From Cyanobacteria bacterium J06648_1 (lineage in GTDB: Bacteria > Cyanobacteriota > Cyanobacteriia > Cyanobacteriales > Xenococcaceae), in contig JBCBWB010000001.1 in the NCBI GenBank assembly GCA_039817275.1, positions 25,344 to 89,343 on the forward strand: 64,000 bases of DNA, given 5' to 3'. Of the stretch, positions 1 to 9,180 are shown piece by piece. A program made the position numbers and the translations under genes. The notes under the pieces are model-generated. The model was given only the letters and a program-made list of their open reading frames with translations. It was not told the DNA's origin and did not search any database. The first letter of the stretch is position 1. Each line of letters begins with the position of its first letter.

Positions 1-239
1 CCTACTACTATCGACGTAATACTAATCGAACCAATTCCTATAGCCGCTTGGAAATTTCCTCAGAAACCTTATCCGTCATCAAAAAGCACAACGAGCTAGA
101 TCTAGAACTTTATGAATATGCTAACCAAATTTTCACCCGAGACTTAGAACAGCACCATCGAAGTTTAAAAACTTTTCAAATAGCAAACTCTATCTATGGT
201 AGATACTCAGTATTTGCCCAGAAACTGCTCTCGTCATAG
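1..239 (+). CDS. sulfotransferase-family protein, C-terminal fragment (5-prime end outside window)
   Basis: The frame is open from the window edge (codons from nt 3) to TAG at 237-239. The track's M at 48 is a TTG inside that open frame. The tail IKKHNELDLELYEYANQIF resembles the C-terminal helix of bacterial sulfotransferase-family proteins (by eye only). Confidence 0.4.
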   Translation, partial: YYYRRNTNRTNSYSRLEISSETLSVIKKHNELDLELYEYANQIFTRDLEQHHRSLKTFQIANSIYGRYSVFAQKLLSS

Positions 240-397
240 CTTACACCACAATTTAGTCTCAGATATAAATCTATCTATTCAAGATCTTAAATTTGCCGAA
301 CTCTAGCAGAAATTAGCTTTATCCTTCAGCATAACTCAAAGTTTAGTAGACTCTAGCTCAACTAAATTTTGATAACTAAATATTCCAAATAAGCTCT

Positions 398-1411
398 ATG
401 CCCTTACCCCTCGCGTTCATAATTTGTACCGAACCAGGTCGATTAGAAAAACAGTCGCAAATTTTAGCCAAAAGTATTCGCACCTTTGGTGGCAAACTCA
501 AGGACACTCCTATCTATAGCTTTCATCCCCGCCAAGGTGATCCTGTAGCGCCAGAGACCTTGTCAGGCTTTGCTACTTTGGGAGTTGATCATCAGCAGGT
601 GGTATTGAATACCAAATATCATGACTACTACCTGGCGAATAAACCTTATGTTTGCGACTATGCGGAGAGAACTATTGATGCTGAGATTCTAGTTTTCTTA
701 GATAGCGATAAATGTTTCTTTGCTGAACCAGCAGAGTTTTTGCTTCCGAATAACTACAATATTGGTCTGCGAGTAGAATATGGGCGAGGCATTGGCTCGA
801 CAGGCAGCCAAGATATCCAAGACGATTACTGGCAAAAACTATATCAAACTGTCGGCGTGGAGGAAGAGCGATTTGTCACTACACCGATTGGCAACAAAAA
901 GATTAGAGCCTACTGGAATTCGGGAATGGTAGCGGTGCGAAGAAGAGCAGGTATTTTTCAGACCTGGAAAAATAATTTTGAACAGGTTATGGAGGCAAAA
1001 ATTATGCCGAAGCAGGGTAACTACATGCTCGAACAGTCTTCTCTTTCGGCGACCGTATGCGCTTTGCAAGAAGATGTATTTACCTTTTCTCCTGCCTATA
1101 GTTATCCTCTACCATTACATAATCGTTTGTCACCAGAGTTTAAGCTGGCTAGCTTTGATGAGATCGTATCCATTCACTATTTTGGGCTATTTTATTATCG
1201 TAACTGGCAAAAAGAGTTAGATCGGATTGAGCAGATGGATAAAAAGTCGGTTAAATATAATTGGCTACGTCAAACAATATTAGACTATGACCTAGACTAT
1301 AAGCCCATAAGCACTAAATACTACTATCTGCTAAAAAAAATCGAAAAGAGGCTGCGACAATTTAACCTCAAAATTAATGTTTCTGAGCTAATCAAGCCTA
1401 AAAATAGCTAA
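398..1411 (+). CDS. putative GT-A-fold nucleotide-sugar transferase-like protein (function tentative)
   Basis: 337-aa ATG ORF. The only overlapping ORFs are short (76-80 aa). It has a DxD-like LVFLDSDK motif and sits within a glycan-modification gene cluster. Confidence 0.5.
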   Translation: MPLPLAFIICTEPGRLEKQSQILAKSIRTFGGKLKDTPIYSFHPRQGDPVAPETLSGFATLGVDHQQVVLNTKYHDYYLANKPYVCDYAERTIDAEILVFLDSDKCFFAEPAEFLLPNNYNIGLRVEYGRGIGSTGSQDIQDDYWQKLYQTVGVEEERFVTTPIGNKKIRAYWNSGMVAVRRRAGIFQTWKNNFEQVMEAKIMPKQGNYMLEQSSLSATVCALQEDVFTFSPAYSYPLPLHNRLSPEFKLASFDEIVSIHYFGLFYYRNWQKELDRIEQMDKKSVKYNWLRQTILDYDLDYKPISTKYYYLLKKIEKRLRQFNLKINVSELIKPKNS

Positions 1412-1600
1412 TTTATCGGATTTATAAAATGCGCTTTAGCTAGGTGATAGGCAAAACGCTAAAAAAATCAGAGTAGGTAAAAAACGCCAAACGGAATGTG
1501 CAATATTTGCTCACCTATCTCCCCGTCGGCTGAATACAGATCATCACCTACTCAGGCTCAAATAACGACAATATTTTAAATTTCTCCCTGTTGCTAATGG

Positions 1601-2278
1601 TTATTTTACTAACTCAACATAGGTATTTAAGCCGACCTGTTCTTCACGGGTTTCTAAACCTGCTAAGACAGGATAATTGGAGACACCGAACTCCATAAAG
1701 TTGACTTCACTAAATCCAATGTGCTTGGCTACTGCTGTTAGTTCTTCCCGGGAGTAGAAGTGTAAATGCCCCCAGGCAGTATAAGCCTCCTCTTTCGCTA
1801 TTATCACTGTTTCATAATCGGCAGTGGGATAATGTTTTGCCAAGACCCCTTCCAAACCAGGAAAAGCTAAACGCAAAACGCCGCCTGTTTTGAAAGTACG
1901 AAAACATTCGCTCAGGAAAATAATTGAATCGGCCTGCTGTAAGTGTTCTAGGAAGTCTTCCGCGAAGCCAAATTCAAAGTGATCGTCGGGAAAAGGGTGC
2001 TTAGAAGTCAGATCTACCGAGTAGTAAATCATCTCGTCTGGCACGATAAAAGAGTTTTTGCGATGGAAATCAACGTTCAACCAATTTTGCAAGTACTTGC
2101 CACCACAAGCATAGTTAATCTGCTTGATTCCTTTATTATCTAACTGCTTGATTTTATTAGTTTTATTAATGAACTTGCTGCTATTAAAACTGCTATAATT
2201 TTGACCAAATTCATAATCATTAACTAAGGGCAACTTACTCAAAAGCTTAAATAACAGAAATGATCTTGTTTTTATCAT
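1601..2278 (-). CDS. class I SAM-dependent methyltransferase-like protein
   Basis: 225-aa ORF. INYACGGKYLQNWLNVD matches the glycine-rich SAM-binding motif I pattern (xLNLGCG...GWxNVD), and GGVLRLAFP resembles the post-II region. Confidence 0.55.
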   Translation of the reverse strand: MIKTRSFLLFKLLSKLPLVNDYEFGQNYSSFNSSKFINKTNKIKQLDNKGIKQINYACGGKYLQNWLNVDFHRKNSFIVPDEMIYYSVDLTSKHPFPDDHFEFGFAEDFLEHLQQADSIIFLSECFRTFKTGGVLRLAFPGLEGVLAKHYPTADYETVIIAKEEAYTAWGHLHFYSREELTAVAKHIGFSEVNFMEFGVSNYPVLAGLETREEQVGLNTYVELVK

Positions 2279-2694
2279 CTTGCCTCTTTATTTATATCTC
2301 GAACTACGGTTAGTATATTACCATTATCTGCGTTGTGTAATCTAAACTAAAATTAGTATTATATATGTCTCTCTAATTCACTTTTGCTAACAATTATAGT
2401 TTGCTTATTCGACTACCTAAATCAAGTTTGCGATTTCCGAATAAAAAGTGTTAGCAGACAAGGCATTTAAATATTTTTTAACTTTCAATCAAACCAAACA
2501 CGGAGCGTTATAAATTTAATCTTGAGCAAATCATTATGGAATTTCGGTTCTTAATCATCTTTGGGAAACGAGAGAAGTTTAGAGCTGAACTTATATTAAT
2601 ATCTATGTAGCAAAACGTAGGGTAGTTGGTAGGATGATAAGTTATCATCAAATTTTAAAACAATTGATTTAAGCTATTTTATAAAAAGACGGAC

Positions 2695-3606
2695 ATGAGC
2701 AATATTACCGAAGCGGTGAGTGAATTCCGAATAGCCGTAATTATGACCTGCCATAATCGGCATGACATTACGATCGCCTGTTTGCAGCTTTTAGCTCAAC
2801 AGCAGGTAGAACACACAGTATATTTGGTTGATGACGGTAGCTCAGATGGTACTTCCGATACAGTCAGCCAAGATTATCCCCAGGTTAAGCTGTTTCAAGG
2901 AGATGGCAATCTCTTTTGGGCAGGGGGAATGCGAATGGCATTTGGCGAAGCTTTAAAAGGCGACTACGACTATTACATCTGGTTAAATGACGACACCATG
3001 CTAGAGCCAGATGCTTTTCAAAAACTGCTTCATATTCACCAAGATTTGATTCAACGAGACAGTGCCGAGTCGATTGTAGTGGGTTCGACCCAAGATCCAG
3101 TGACGGGGAAACCCACCTATGGCGGTGCCGTAAAGTCCAAGCGCTGGTATTCCAATAAGCTAGAGTTCTTAGAGCCGAGTCAGGAACTTCAGCAGTGTGA
3201 CACTATGTATGGCAACTGTGTTTTAATTCCTCGGGCTGTTGCCCAAAAAGTTGGCAATATTGATTCAGCCTTTATTCATTCCCTGGGAGATATCGATTAC
3301 GGTTTGAGAGCCCGTCAGGCGGGATGTGAGGTCTGGGCTGCCCCAGGATTTGTCGGCACCTGCTCTCAGAATGCCGTTTCAGGTAGCTGGATCGACCCTA
3401 GTTTATCGATTCTGCAAAGACTCAAAAAAGTAGTTCAGGTAAAAAACTTTCCCCTCTCTCCCTGGACCGCATTTACCAAAAGACATTCTGGTGCATTTTG
3501 GTTCTTCTACTGGTGTCTGCCCTACATTAGAGCTATCATCGGCTACAAAGATCTTAGTGTTTCGCCTACTTTTTCTGCTGACGCTGTTGCTGACGAACAA
3601 AATTAA
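2695..3606 (+). CDS. family 2 glycosyltransferase
   Basis: AVIMTCHNRHDITIACLQLL...VYLVDDGSSDGTSD is the classic GT2 N-terminal signature, with a later LNDD (DxD-type) motif. Its stop overlaps the next start (TAATG at 3603-3608). Confidence 0.8.
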   Translation: MSNITEAVSEFRIAVIMTCHNRHDITIACLQLLAQQQVEHTVYLVDDGSSDGTSDTVSQDYPQVKLFQGDGNLFWAGGMRMAFGEALKGDYDYYIWLNDDTMLEPDAFQKLLHIHQDLIQRDSAESIVVGSTQDPVTGKPTYGGAVKSKRWYSNKLEFLEPSQELQQCDTMYGNCVLIPRAVAQKVGNIDSAFIHSLGDIDYGLRARQAGCEVWAAPGFVGTCSQNAVSGSWIDPSLSILQRLKKVVQVKNFPLSPWTAFTKRHSGAFWFFYWCLPYIRAIIGYKDLSVSPTFSADAVADEQN

Positions 3607-5015
3607 TGAACTGGAAAAAGTCTAGATTACTACTCTGTCTTCTCTTCTTGCTGGTTCTTAGCTCTCTCGTTGGCATCTCGATCGCCGCCCCTGAAGAACA
3701 GATAACCGTTGATGTCGAGCAGGTTGTGACCCAGGTAGAACAGAAGCTCGGTATCGGTCTCAATTTTTTGAGCGATCGCCCTGGCATTAGCAAATCGCTA
3801 CAGGGATTACAGGTGGGAACTTTACGCTATGCCACCAACGAATATTATCTTTTTGATAGCCAAGAGCCAAATAAGCCTAAGGTAACCATTCAAGACCCTA
3901 GTATTTGGCAGGTAAACAGCTTTGCTCAAGCAGATGGAACTTGGTGGAGTAAGCTAGACTTTGATCGCTTTATGGAACTTTGCCAAGCAACTCAAGCAGA
4001 GCCATTTATCGTCGTGCCGATCGATGCGATCGCCTATGGGGGAACAGCCCCTCATGTAGCACCAGAAAGAGTAATCGCCGCGGCAGCAGACTGGGTCAGA
4101 TATGCCAATGTAGAGAAGGGATACCAGATCAAACACTGGGAAATTGGCAACGAAAGCGACATCAAACACCACGAGCAGATTGTCTGGACTCCCGAACAGT
4201 ATGCTCAAACCGTGGTGCAGCTAGGAGAGGCAATGAAGGCCGTCGATCCCTCAATTAAAATTGGCGCCAACGGCATGAGAGTCAAAGAGAATGACGACTG
4301 GTGGCAGCGAGTCATGCCCATCATTAAAGATAAGGTAGATTTTTTGGTTACTCACCAATATTCCTGGGAAGAAAATTACTCAACCTGGAAAGATAGCGCT
4401 TATTCTTATGACTACAACCTCAAAGATGCCGTGGAGGCGATCGCCACCTATAATCCTCAGCTCAAGCTTAACGTCACAGAAAATAGTTCCTTTAACCCCA
4501 GCGTTACTCACCCCAACAATACCTGGAAAATGCTCCATAATTTTGAGATGCTGGGACAAACTTTGAGTACGAAACAGGTAGACTATGTTCACTTCTGGAC
4601 ATCGCGGTGGCTAGAATCAGATCCCCTGGCAGAAGACAATAGCGCCTTCGATCAAGACTATCAGCTTACCCCCATGGGCTATCCTCTTAAGGTGTGGAAC
4701 CAATTTCTTCGAGCCAGCTTGGTTCAGTCCACCAAGACCGCTAAAGTTAGTTCCTGGGCAAGCTATGAGCCAGACGATCGCGCTCTGAGTCTGCTATTGC
4801 TCAACAAAGAATCAACCCCGCAAAATATTAGCATAGTGCTAAACAACTACAGACCGAAAGCCAGGTTCCTCAAACCTTGGATACTCCAGGGATCAGCCCC
4901 CGAAGCAACAGAAGTGAGCTGGGGTCAGTCGGGTTCTGCCTGGATTTGGGGTCGTAAAATTAGGGTAAAATTAGAGCCTTTATCCGTCACGGCGATCGCT
5001 CTAGAAGGGAAATAA
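3606..5015 (+). CDS. secreted TIM-barrel glycoside hydrolase-like protein (clan GH-A type NE motif)
   Basis: N-terminal signal-like segment KKSRLLLCLLFLLVLSSLVGISIAAP. HWEIGNESD matches the acid/base Asn-Glu motif of clan GH-A hydrolases. It appears translationally coupled to the GT2 gene. Confidence 0.6.
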   Translation: MNWKKSRLLLCLLFLLVLSSLVGISIAAPEEQITVDVEQVVTQVEQKLGIGLNFLSDRPGISKSLQGLQVGTLRYATNEYYLFDSQEPNKPKVTIQDPSIWQVNSFAQADGTWWSKLDFDRFMELCQATQAEPFIVVPIDAIAYGGTAPHVAPERVIAAAADWVRYANVEKGYQIKHWEIGNESDIKHHEQIVWTPEQYAQTVVQLGEAMKAVDPSIKIGANGMRVKENDDWWQRVMPIIKDKVDFLVTHQYSWEENYSTWKDSAYSYDYNLKDAVEAIATYNPQLKLNVTENSSFNPSVTHPNNTWKMLHNFEMLGQTLSTKQVDYVHFWTSRWLESDPLAEDNSAFDQDYQLTPMGYPLKVWNQFLRASLVQSTKTAKVSSWASYEPDDRALSLLLLNKESTPQNISIVLNNYRPKARFLKPWILQGSAPEATEVSWGQSGSAWIWGRKIRVKLEPLSVTAIALEGK

Positions 5016-5085
5016 GTTTATCAACCCTCATGACCGCAATCAATTAGATTTTAATTTTTTAATTAGCTAGAACAGAATTATTATA

Positions 5086-6279
5086 GTGAAAAGACTAGGT
5101 TTTATTGCTGGCGCACCCAGAATATCGACTCATCCCAACGCCGAAATGTCTGGTCCTCGTTCCCGTGTCTTAGGACTGATTCAAGGTTTTGAGTCTCAAG
5201 GATGGTCGGTTGTGCCTTTTATAGTTGGCGATCGCACGCCGCAAAAGTGGTCGGCAAAGGGGTCTGGAGCAGCAGTAAGCAAAGGATTCCTCCGCACTCT
5301 GGCGATCGACATAGTGCGTATGGGTTTAGGTCTTTACAATAGCTGGCAAAGCTGGCGGGAAATTGGCAGTCAGGTTGATTGGGTCTTTGAATATGCGGCG
5401 ACGCTACAGTGTTTGGGCTGGATCTTTCAGCGTCATGGTGTTCCCTGGATTCTCCAGGTAGAGGCACTGCTTTATTACGAAGCTAAGGCAGAGCGCAAGG
5501 CTTTGGTCTTAGACGGCATTGCTAAAAAATTAGAGCTATGGTCTTATCGTCAGTGTGATGTAATTGCCTGCGTCAGCGCCACTCTTAAGGAAATATTAGT
5601 GACTGAAATTGGTATTGACCCGAGTAAGATTGTGCTGCTGCCCAATGGGGTTGATATTCAGTTTCTCGATCCGCAACTACATCAGCCAAAACGAGTATTT
5701 GCTGATTTTACCATCGGCTTTGTCGGTAGTCTCTATGCTTGGGCAGGCTTGGGTTTGCTGCTCGAAGTGATGGCAGAACTGGAAACCGCAGGTCATAATC
5801 TTTCTTTAGTTATCGTCGGCGATGGAGAGATGAAAGATGCTTGGTCTGAGCAAGCCGACGATCTAGGTTTAGCAGAGCGGGTCAAATTTGTCGGCAGAGT
5901 GCCTTGGCAGGAAGTGCCTCAATATATTGCGGGTTGCGATATCGGCTATTCTGGGCAAATTCAGCTGCAAATGGGCAAAATGTATCTTTCTCCCATGAAG
6001 CTTTATGAATACATGTCCATGGCTAAACCTGTAGTTGCCTCAGCCTTTGAAGATGCCCAAAGACTAGTCCAAGAGGAAGAAACAGGATTTCTATTTCAGC
6101 CAGGAGATAAGCAAAGTTTAAAACAAGCTCTCATCAAGGCAGTAGAAAATCGCGATCGCTTAACCGCTATGGGAACAGCCGCCCGAACCCAGATCGCCGC
6201 CGAGCATAGTTGGGCAAATCGCGTCGAGCATCTGCTTCAAGAAACCCAGACTATTTTAGAGGCAAAACAAGATCAATAA
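5086..6279 (+). CDS. family 4 (GT-B) glycosyltransferase
   Basis: GTG start, 397 aa. The C-terminal half (FVGSL...GDGEMKD...VKFVGRVPWQEVPQYIAGCDIG...SPMKLYEYMSMAKPVVAS...EEETGFLF) fits the GT4/GT1 E-x7-E region. Confidence 0.75.
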   Translation: MKRLGFIAGAPRISTHPNAEMSGPRSRVLGLIQGFESQGWSVVPFIVGDRTPQKWSAKGSGAAVSKGFLRTLAIDIVRMGLGLYNSWQSWREIGSQVDWVFEYAATLQCLGWIFQRHGVPWILQVEALLYYEAKAERKALVLDGIAKKLELWSYRQCDVIACVSATLKEILVTEIGIDPSKIVLLPNGVDIQFLDPQLHQPKRVFADFTIGFVGSLYAWAGLGLLLEVMAELETAGHNLSLVIVGDGEMKDAWSEQADDLGLAERVKFVGRVPWQEVPQYIAGCDIGYSGQIQLQMGKMYLSPMKLYEYMSMAKPVVASAFEDAQRLVQEEETGFLFQPGDKQSLKQALIKAVENRDRLTAMGTAARTQIAAEHSWANRVEHLLQETQTILEAKQDQ

Positions 6280-6581
6280 TTTGCTTAAGGCGATCGCCCG
6301 TTGCTGCCCAAGTAATCGATGTAGTGACTCGCATAGTTTTATTATCACGAGCTGAGAGCTTGTCATAGTCATAGTTTGCCCAGACTTTATTTAACAAGCT
6401 TACTTCACCAAAAACTTAAACATTTTTTGCTAGCCTTCATACTTCTTAACAGCATACAGATCAATCATCATAGCGAAGGCGGAGATCTCCATCACATCAG
6501 AGGCGGCATGGGAGTCACACGGACTTCATAGTAACTTCACTAAATTGGTTCTGTAAGTTACAGAAATTTTAGACAAAGACT

Positions 6582-9014
6582 ATGACGGTTATTACAGTTA
6601 CTAACAACTCTGATTACGGCAGCGGAACTCTTAGACAGGCAGTTTTAGATGCTCAATCGGGAGACACCATTAAGTTTGATTCTAGTCTAAGCAATCAGAA
6701 AATCACTCTCAGCAGTGGTCTATGGCTCAACAAAAGTTTGACTTTTGATGGTGCAGATGCTCCCAATCTAACTATTAGTGGCGGTAATACATCCAATATT
6801 TTCTGGATGGGTGGGGTTGATGCCAGTCTAGAATTAAACGTCAAAAATTTGACCCTTGCCGACAGCTACTATGAAGCCGCAGCGGGGGGAGCAATTTATG
6901 CCCAAGACAACAGCATTATCAATATCGATAACGTTGACTTTATTGGTAACGTCTCTGATGGTGGGGCAATCCATGCTCAACAGGGCAGCTACATTACCGT
7001 TAATAACAGCAATTTTGACAGTAACGACGGGGCGAGCATCAGTGATAAAGAATTCGCGACGGGGGCAATTAGTCTTTTTGCTTTTGGCGAACTAAGAGTT
7101 AGCGACAGTACCTTTACTAATAATAAAGGCTTCAATGGTGGAGCAATCCACGTCACCTCTAGCGATCTCTTTGTGGAAAATTCCACCTTTATTGGCAACG
7201 ACTCTACTCCAGGCAAAGATCGAATCAACTATATTCCTGGTGCGGGGGGAGCGATTTATGCCGATGCGGCTACTGTACCTCGCGACGAAAAATTCTATGG
7301 CTTGCTGCCCGAACACGAACTACAGGGCGAGCAACAAGGGGGAATAATTTCCGTCAACAACAGCTACTTTGAAAAGAATAGAGCATCAGGACAGGGTGGA
7401 GCATTGGCACTCTGGGGCTACTCCCAAGATGAGGTCTTTGTTACCAACAATGTCATCGTCGATAACGAAGTCATTCTTAATAAGGACAACATGGCTGAAG
7501 GCGGCGGTGTCTGGCTGATGGGCTACGGTACGGTAGAAAATAATACTATTGCCAACAACAGATCCGAAGACAAAGGTGGTGGACTGTTTATTTGGGGAGA
7601 AGTACCCACAACCGTTACCAATACGACTTTTTCCAATAACCAAGCCGCTAAGGGTGGCGCAATCTACAGCGACATTTGGGATACTCAGCTCAACGTCAAC
7701 GATAGTAATTTTGATTCTAATTCTGCCTCAGTTGAAGGGGGAGTTCTCTACACCAACAAAATTCGTCCTGTTTATATCGAAAATTCTCAAATCAGCAACA
7801 ATACAGCAGCCGACATTGCCAACGTCAACAACAGTAGCGATCTTTCAGGCTTTACTTATGACGCTGGTTCACCCCAAGTAAATCTTGAGTCTCCAGTAGA
7901 GCAAAGTTTCACTCCTGAGCCTATACCCGAAGTGGTTGACCCAGCTCCTGTAGAGCAAAGCTTTACTCCTGAGCCTGTACCCGAAGTGGTTGACCCAACT
8001 CCTGTAGAGCAAAGTTTCACTCCTGAGCCTGTACCCGAAGTGGTTAACCCAGCTCCTGTAGAGCAAACCTATGAACCCAGCAATTTCAATCCTTTCATCG
8101 ATTCGGGAACGGTCAAGTTAAGCTCAGATTCTCAGTTCGCTGGTAAGCCTAACTATACTCCTGCCGATAATACTGGTATGTATGTGTGGCAAACTGGTAA
8201 CACCTGGAATATTGAAGTAACGGGTGACTGGGATGCTTCCCACTTCAGAGGCAAGATCGTTGCCGACCAAGCAATTCAAAATGTAACTGAGCAAAGTTTT
8301 GAAGCTAATGACTCTGTCTGGCACACAGATGCTTCCCACCATTCGATTGAATTTTCCATGATTGTGGGCAACGATTGGACAGACGGCATTTCCTTCGATG
8401 TAGCTTATCAGGCAGATGCGACTCTGTATCTAGAAATGGAAAATGGCGAAGCTTTACCAATTAAAATTGGTTCTGCAATGATCGACGGTTACAATCTTGA
8501 TTCGGTAGTTACCACTCCCACCGTCGAGCCTAGCTACAGTCCTGAGCCTCAGCCCGAAGTGGTTTATGCAGCGCCAGTCGAGCAAAACTATGGTGATAAT
8601 AATTTAATGTCAGCACCTATCTCGGCAGGCTTAGAACTCAATCAGGATGCTCTGTTCTCTAGCAAACCCAGCTATAATCCCAGCGAGCAAAGTGGCTTGA
8701 TTGTCTGGAATACCGAAGATGTTTGGCATATGGAAGCCACGGGTACTCCCGCCACTGCTCACTATCGTGGCAAGATTGTTTCTGATCAGGTGATCGAAGA
8801 TTTATCCACCTTTAGCTTTGAAGGAAGTGATAGCCTTCAGTATGCAGATGACACTTATAAAGTAGTGGAATTCTCGATGATTGTGGCCAACTCTGGCGTA
8901 GACGGTATCTCGTTTAAAGCTCCTGATAATGCTTCGGTGTTCTTAGAGTTGGAAGACAGCAATAATGTTCCTGTACAGGCGGGAACTTCTCTCCAAGAGA
9001 TTAATTTGGTTTAA
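6582..9014 (+). CDS. parallel beta-helix protein with Pmp-type (FxxN / GGAI) repeats, proline-rich linkers and a duplicated C-terminal module
   Basis: 810-aa ORF. The N-terminus VTNNSDYGSGTLRQAVLDAQSGDTIKF is typical of CSLREA / choice-of-anchor-Q type beta-helix proteins. GGAIY/GGAIH tetrapeptides recur, each preceded by FxxN. There is no obvious signal peptide. Confidence 0.7.
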   Translation: MTVITVTNNSDYGSGTLRQAVLDAQSGDTIKFDSSLSNQKITLSSGLWLNKSLTFDGADAPNLTISGGNTSNIFWMGGVDASLELNVKNLTLADSYYEAAAGGAIYAQDNSIINIDNVDFIGNVSDGGAIHAQQGSYITVNNSNFDSNDGASISDKEFATGAISLFAFGELRVSDSTFTNNKGFNGGAIHVTSSDLFVENSTFIGNDSTPGKDRINYIPGAGGAIYADAATVPRDEKFYGLLPEHELQGEQQGGIISVNNSYFEKNRASGQGGALALWGYSQDEVFVTNNVIVDNEVILNKDNMAEGGGVWLMGYGTVENNTIANNRSEDKGGGLFIWGEVPTTVTNTTFSNNQAAKGGAIYSDIWDTQLNVNDSNFDSNSASVEGGVLYTNKIRPVYIENSQISNNTAADIANVNNSSDLSGFTYDAGSPQVNLESPVEQSFTPEPIPEVVDPAPVEQSFTPEPVPEVVDPTPVEQSFTPEPVPEVVNPAPVEQTYEPSNFNPFIDSGTVKLSSDSQFAGKPNYTPADNTGMYVWQTGNTWNIEVTGDWDASHFRGKIVADQAIQNVTEQSFEANDSVWHTDASHHSIEFSMIVGNDWTDGISFDVAYQADATLYLEMENGEALPIKIGSAMIDGYNLDSVVTTPTVEPSYSPEPQPEVVYAAPVEQNYGDNNLMSAPISAGLELNQDALFSSKPSYNPSEQSGLIVWNTEDVWHMEATGTPATAHYRGKIVSDQVIEDLSTFSFEGSDSLQYADDTYKVVEFSMIVANSGVDGISFKAPDNASVFLELEDSNNVPVQAGTSLQEINLV
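7893..8070 (+). repeat. 54-bp in-frame tandem repeat x3 plus a partial fourth copy (PVEQSFTPEPxPEVVDPx linker)
   Basis: Units start at 7893, 7947 and 8001 and are near-identical at DNA level. A degenerate linker copy (VEPSYSPEPQPEVVYAAPVEQNY) recurs at about 8524-8590. Confidence 0.9.
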
Positions 9015-9111
9015 TAGTTAGTTTAATAGCGATCGCCCTGACGCTGAATGTTTCTGTAAAATGTTAGAACAGATAATTTTCCGTAAATAAAATTTCAATC
9101 AATTTACTGTA

Positions 9112-9161
9112 ACCAACGGTCAGAGCAGGCTCCGTCGTTTTACGGCGGAGTAATCTCTGAC
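9112..9161. repeat. 50-nt imperfect hairpin element (empty copy of the element at 47153-47355)
   Basis: The outer stem GTCAGAG...CTCTGAC encloses the inner stem CTCCGTCG-TTTT-ACGGCGGAG. It lies between convergent stops at 9014 and 9181. Its reverse complement matches 47153-47169 and 47327-47355. Confidence 0.8.
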
Positions 9162-9180
9162 TACCCACCGTCTTTCGATC

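Noticed and set aside
839-4592. Short nested ORFs inside the glycan-cluster genes (839-1069, 978-1220, 3403-3600, 3566-3793, 3954-4208, 3980-4258, 4380-4592).
   Set aside because: All are embedded in, or antisense to, longer ORFs that carry recognisable family motifs. None has independent support.
7893-8070. Regular direct repeats here, and the heptamer arrays at 42.9, 43.8, 44.7 and 46.3 kb, considered as possible CRISPR arrays.
   Set aside because: The 54-bp units are contiguous, in frame and without spacers. The heptamer units are far too short and also lack spacers. No cas genes are present.
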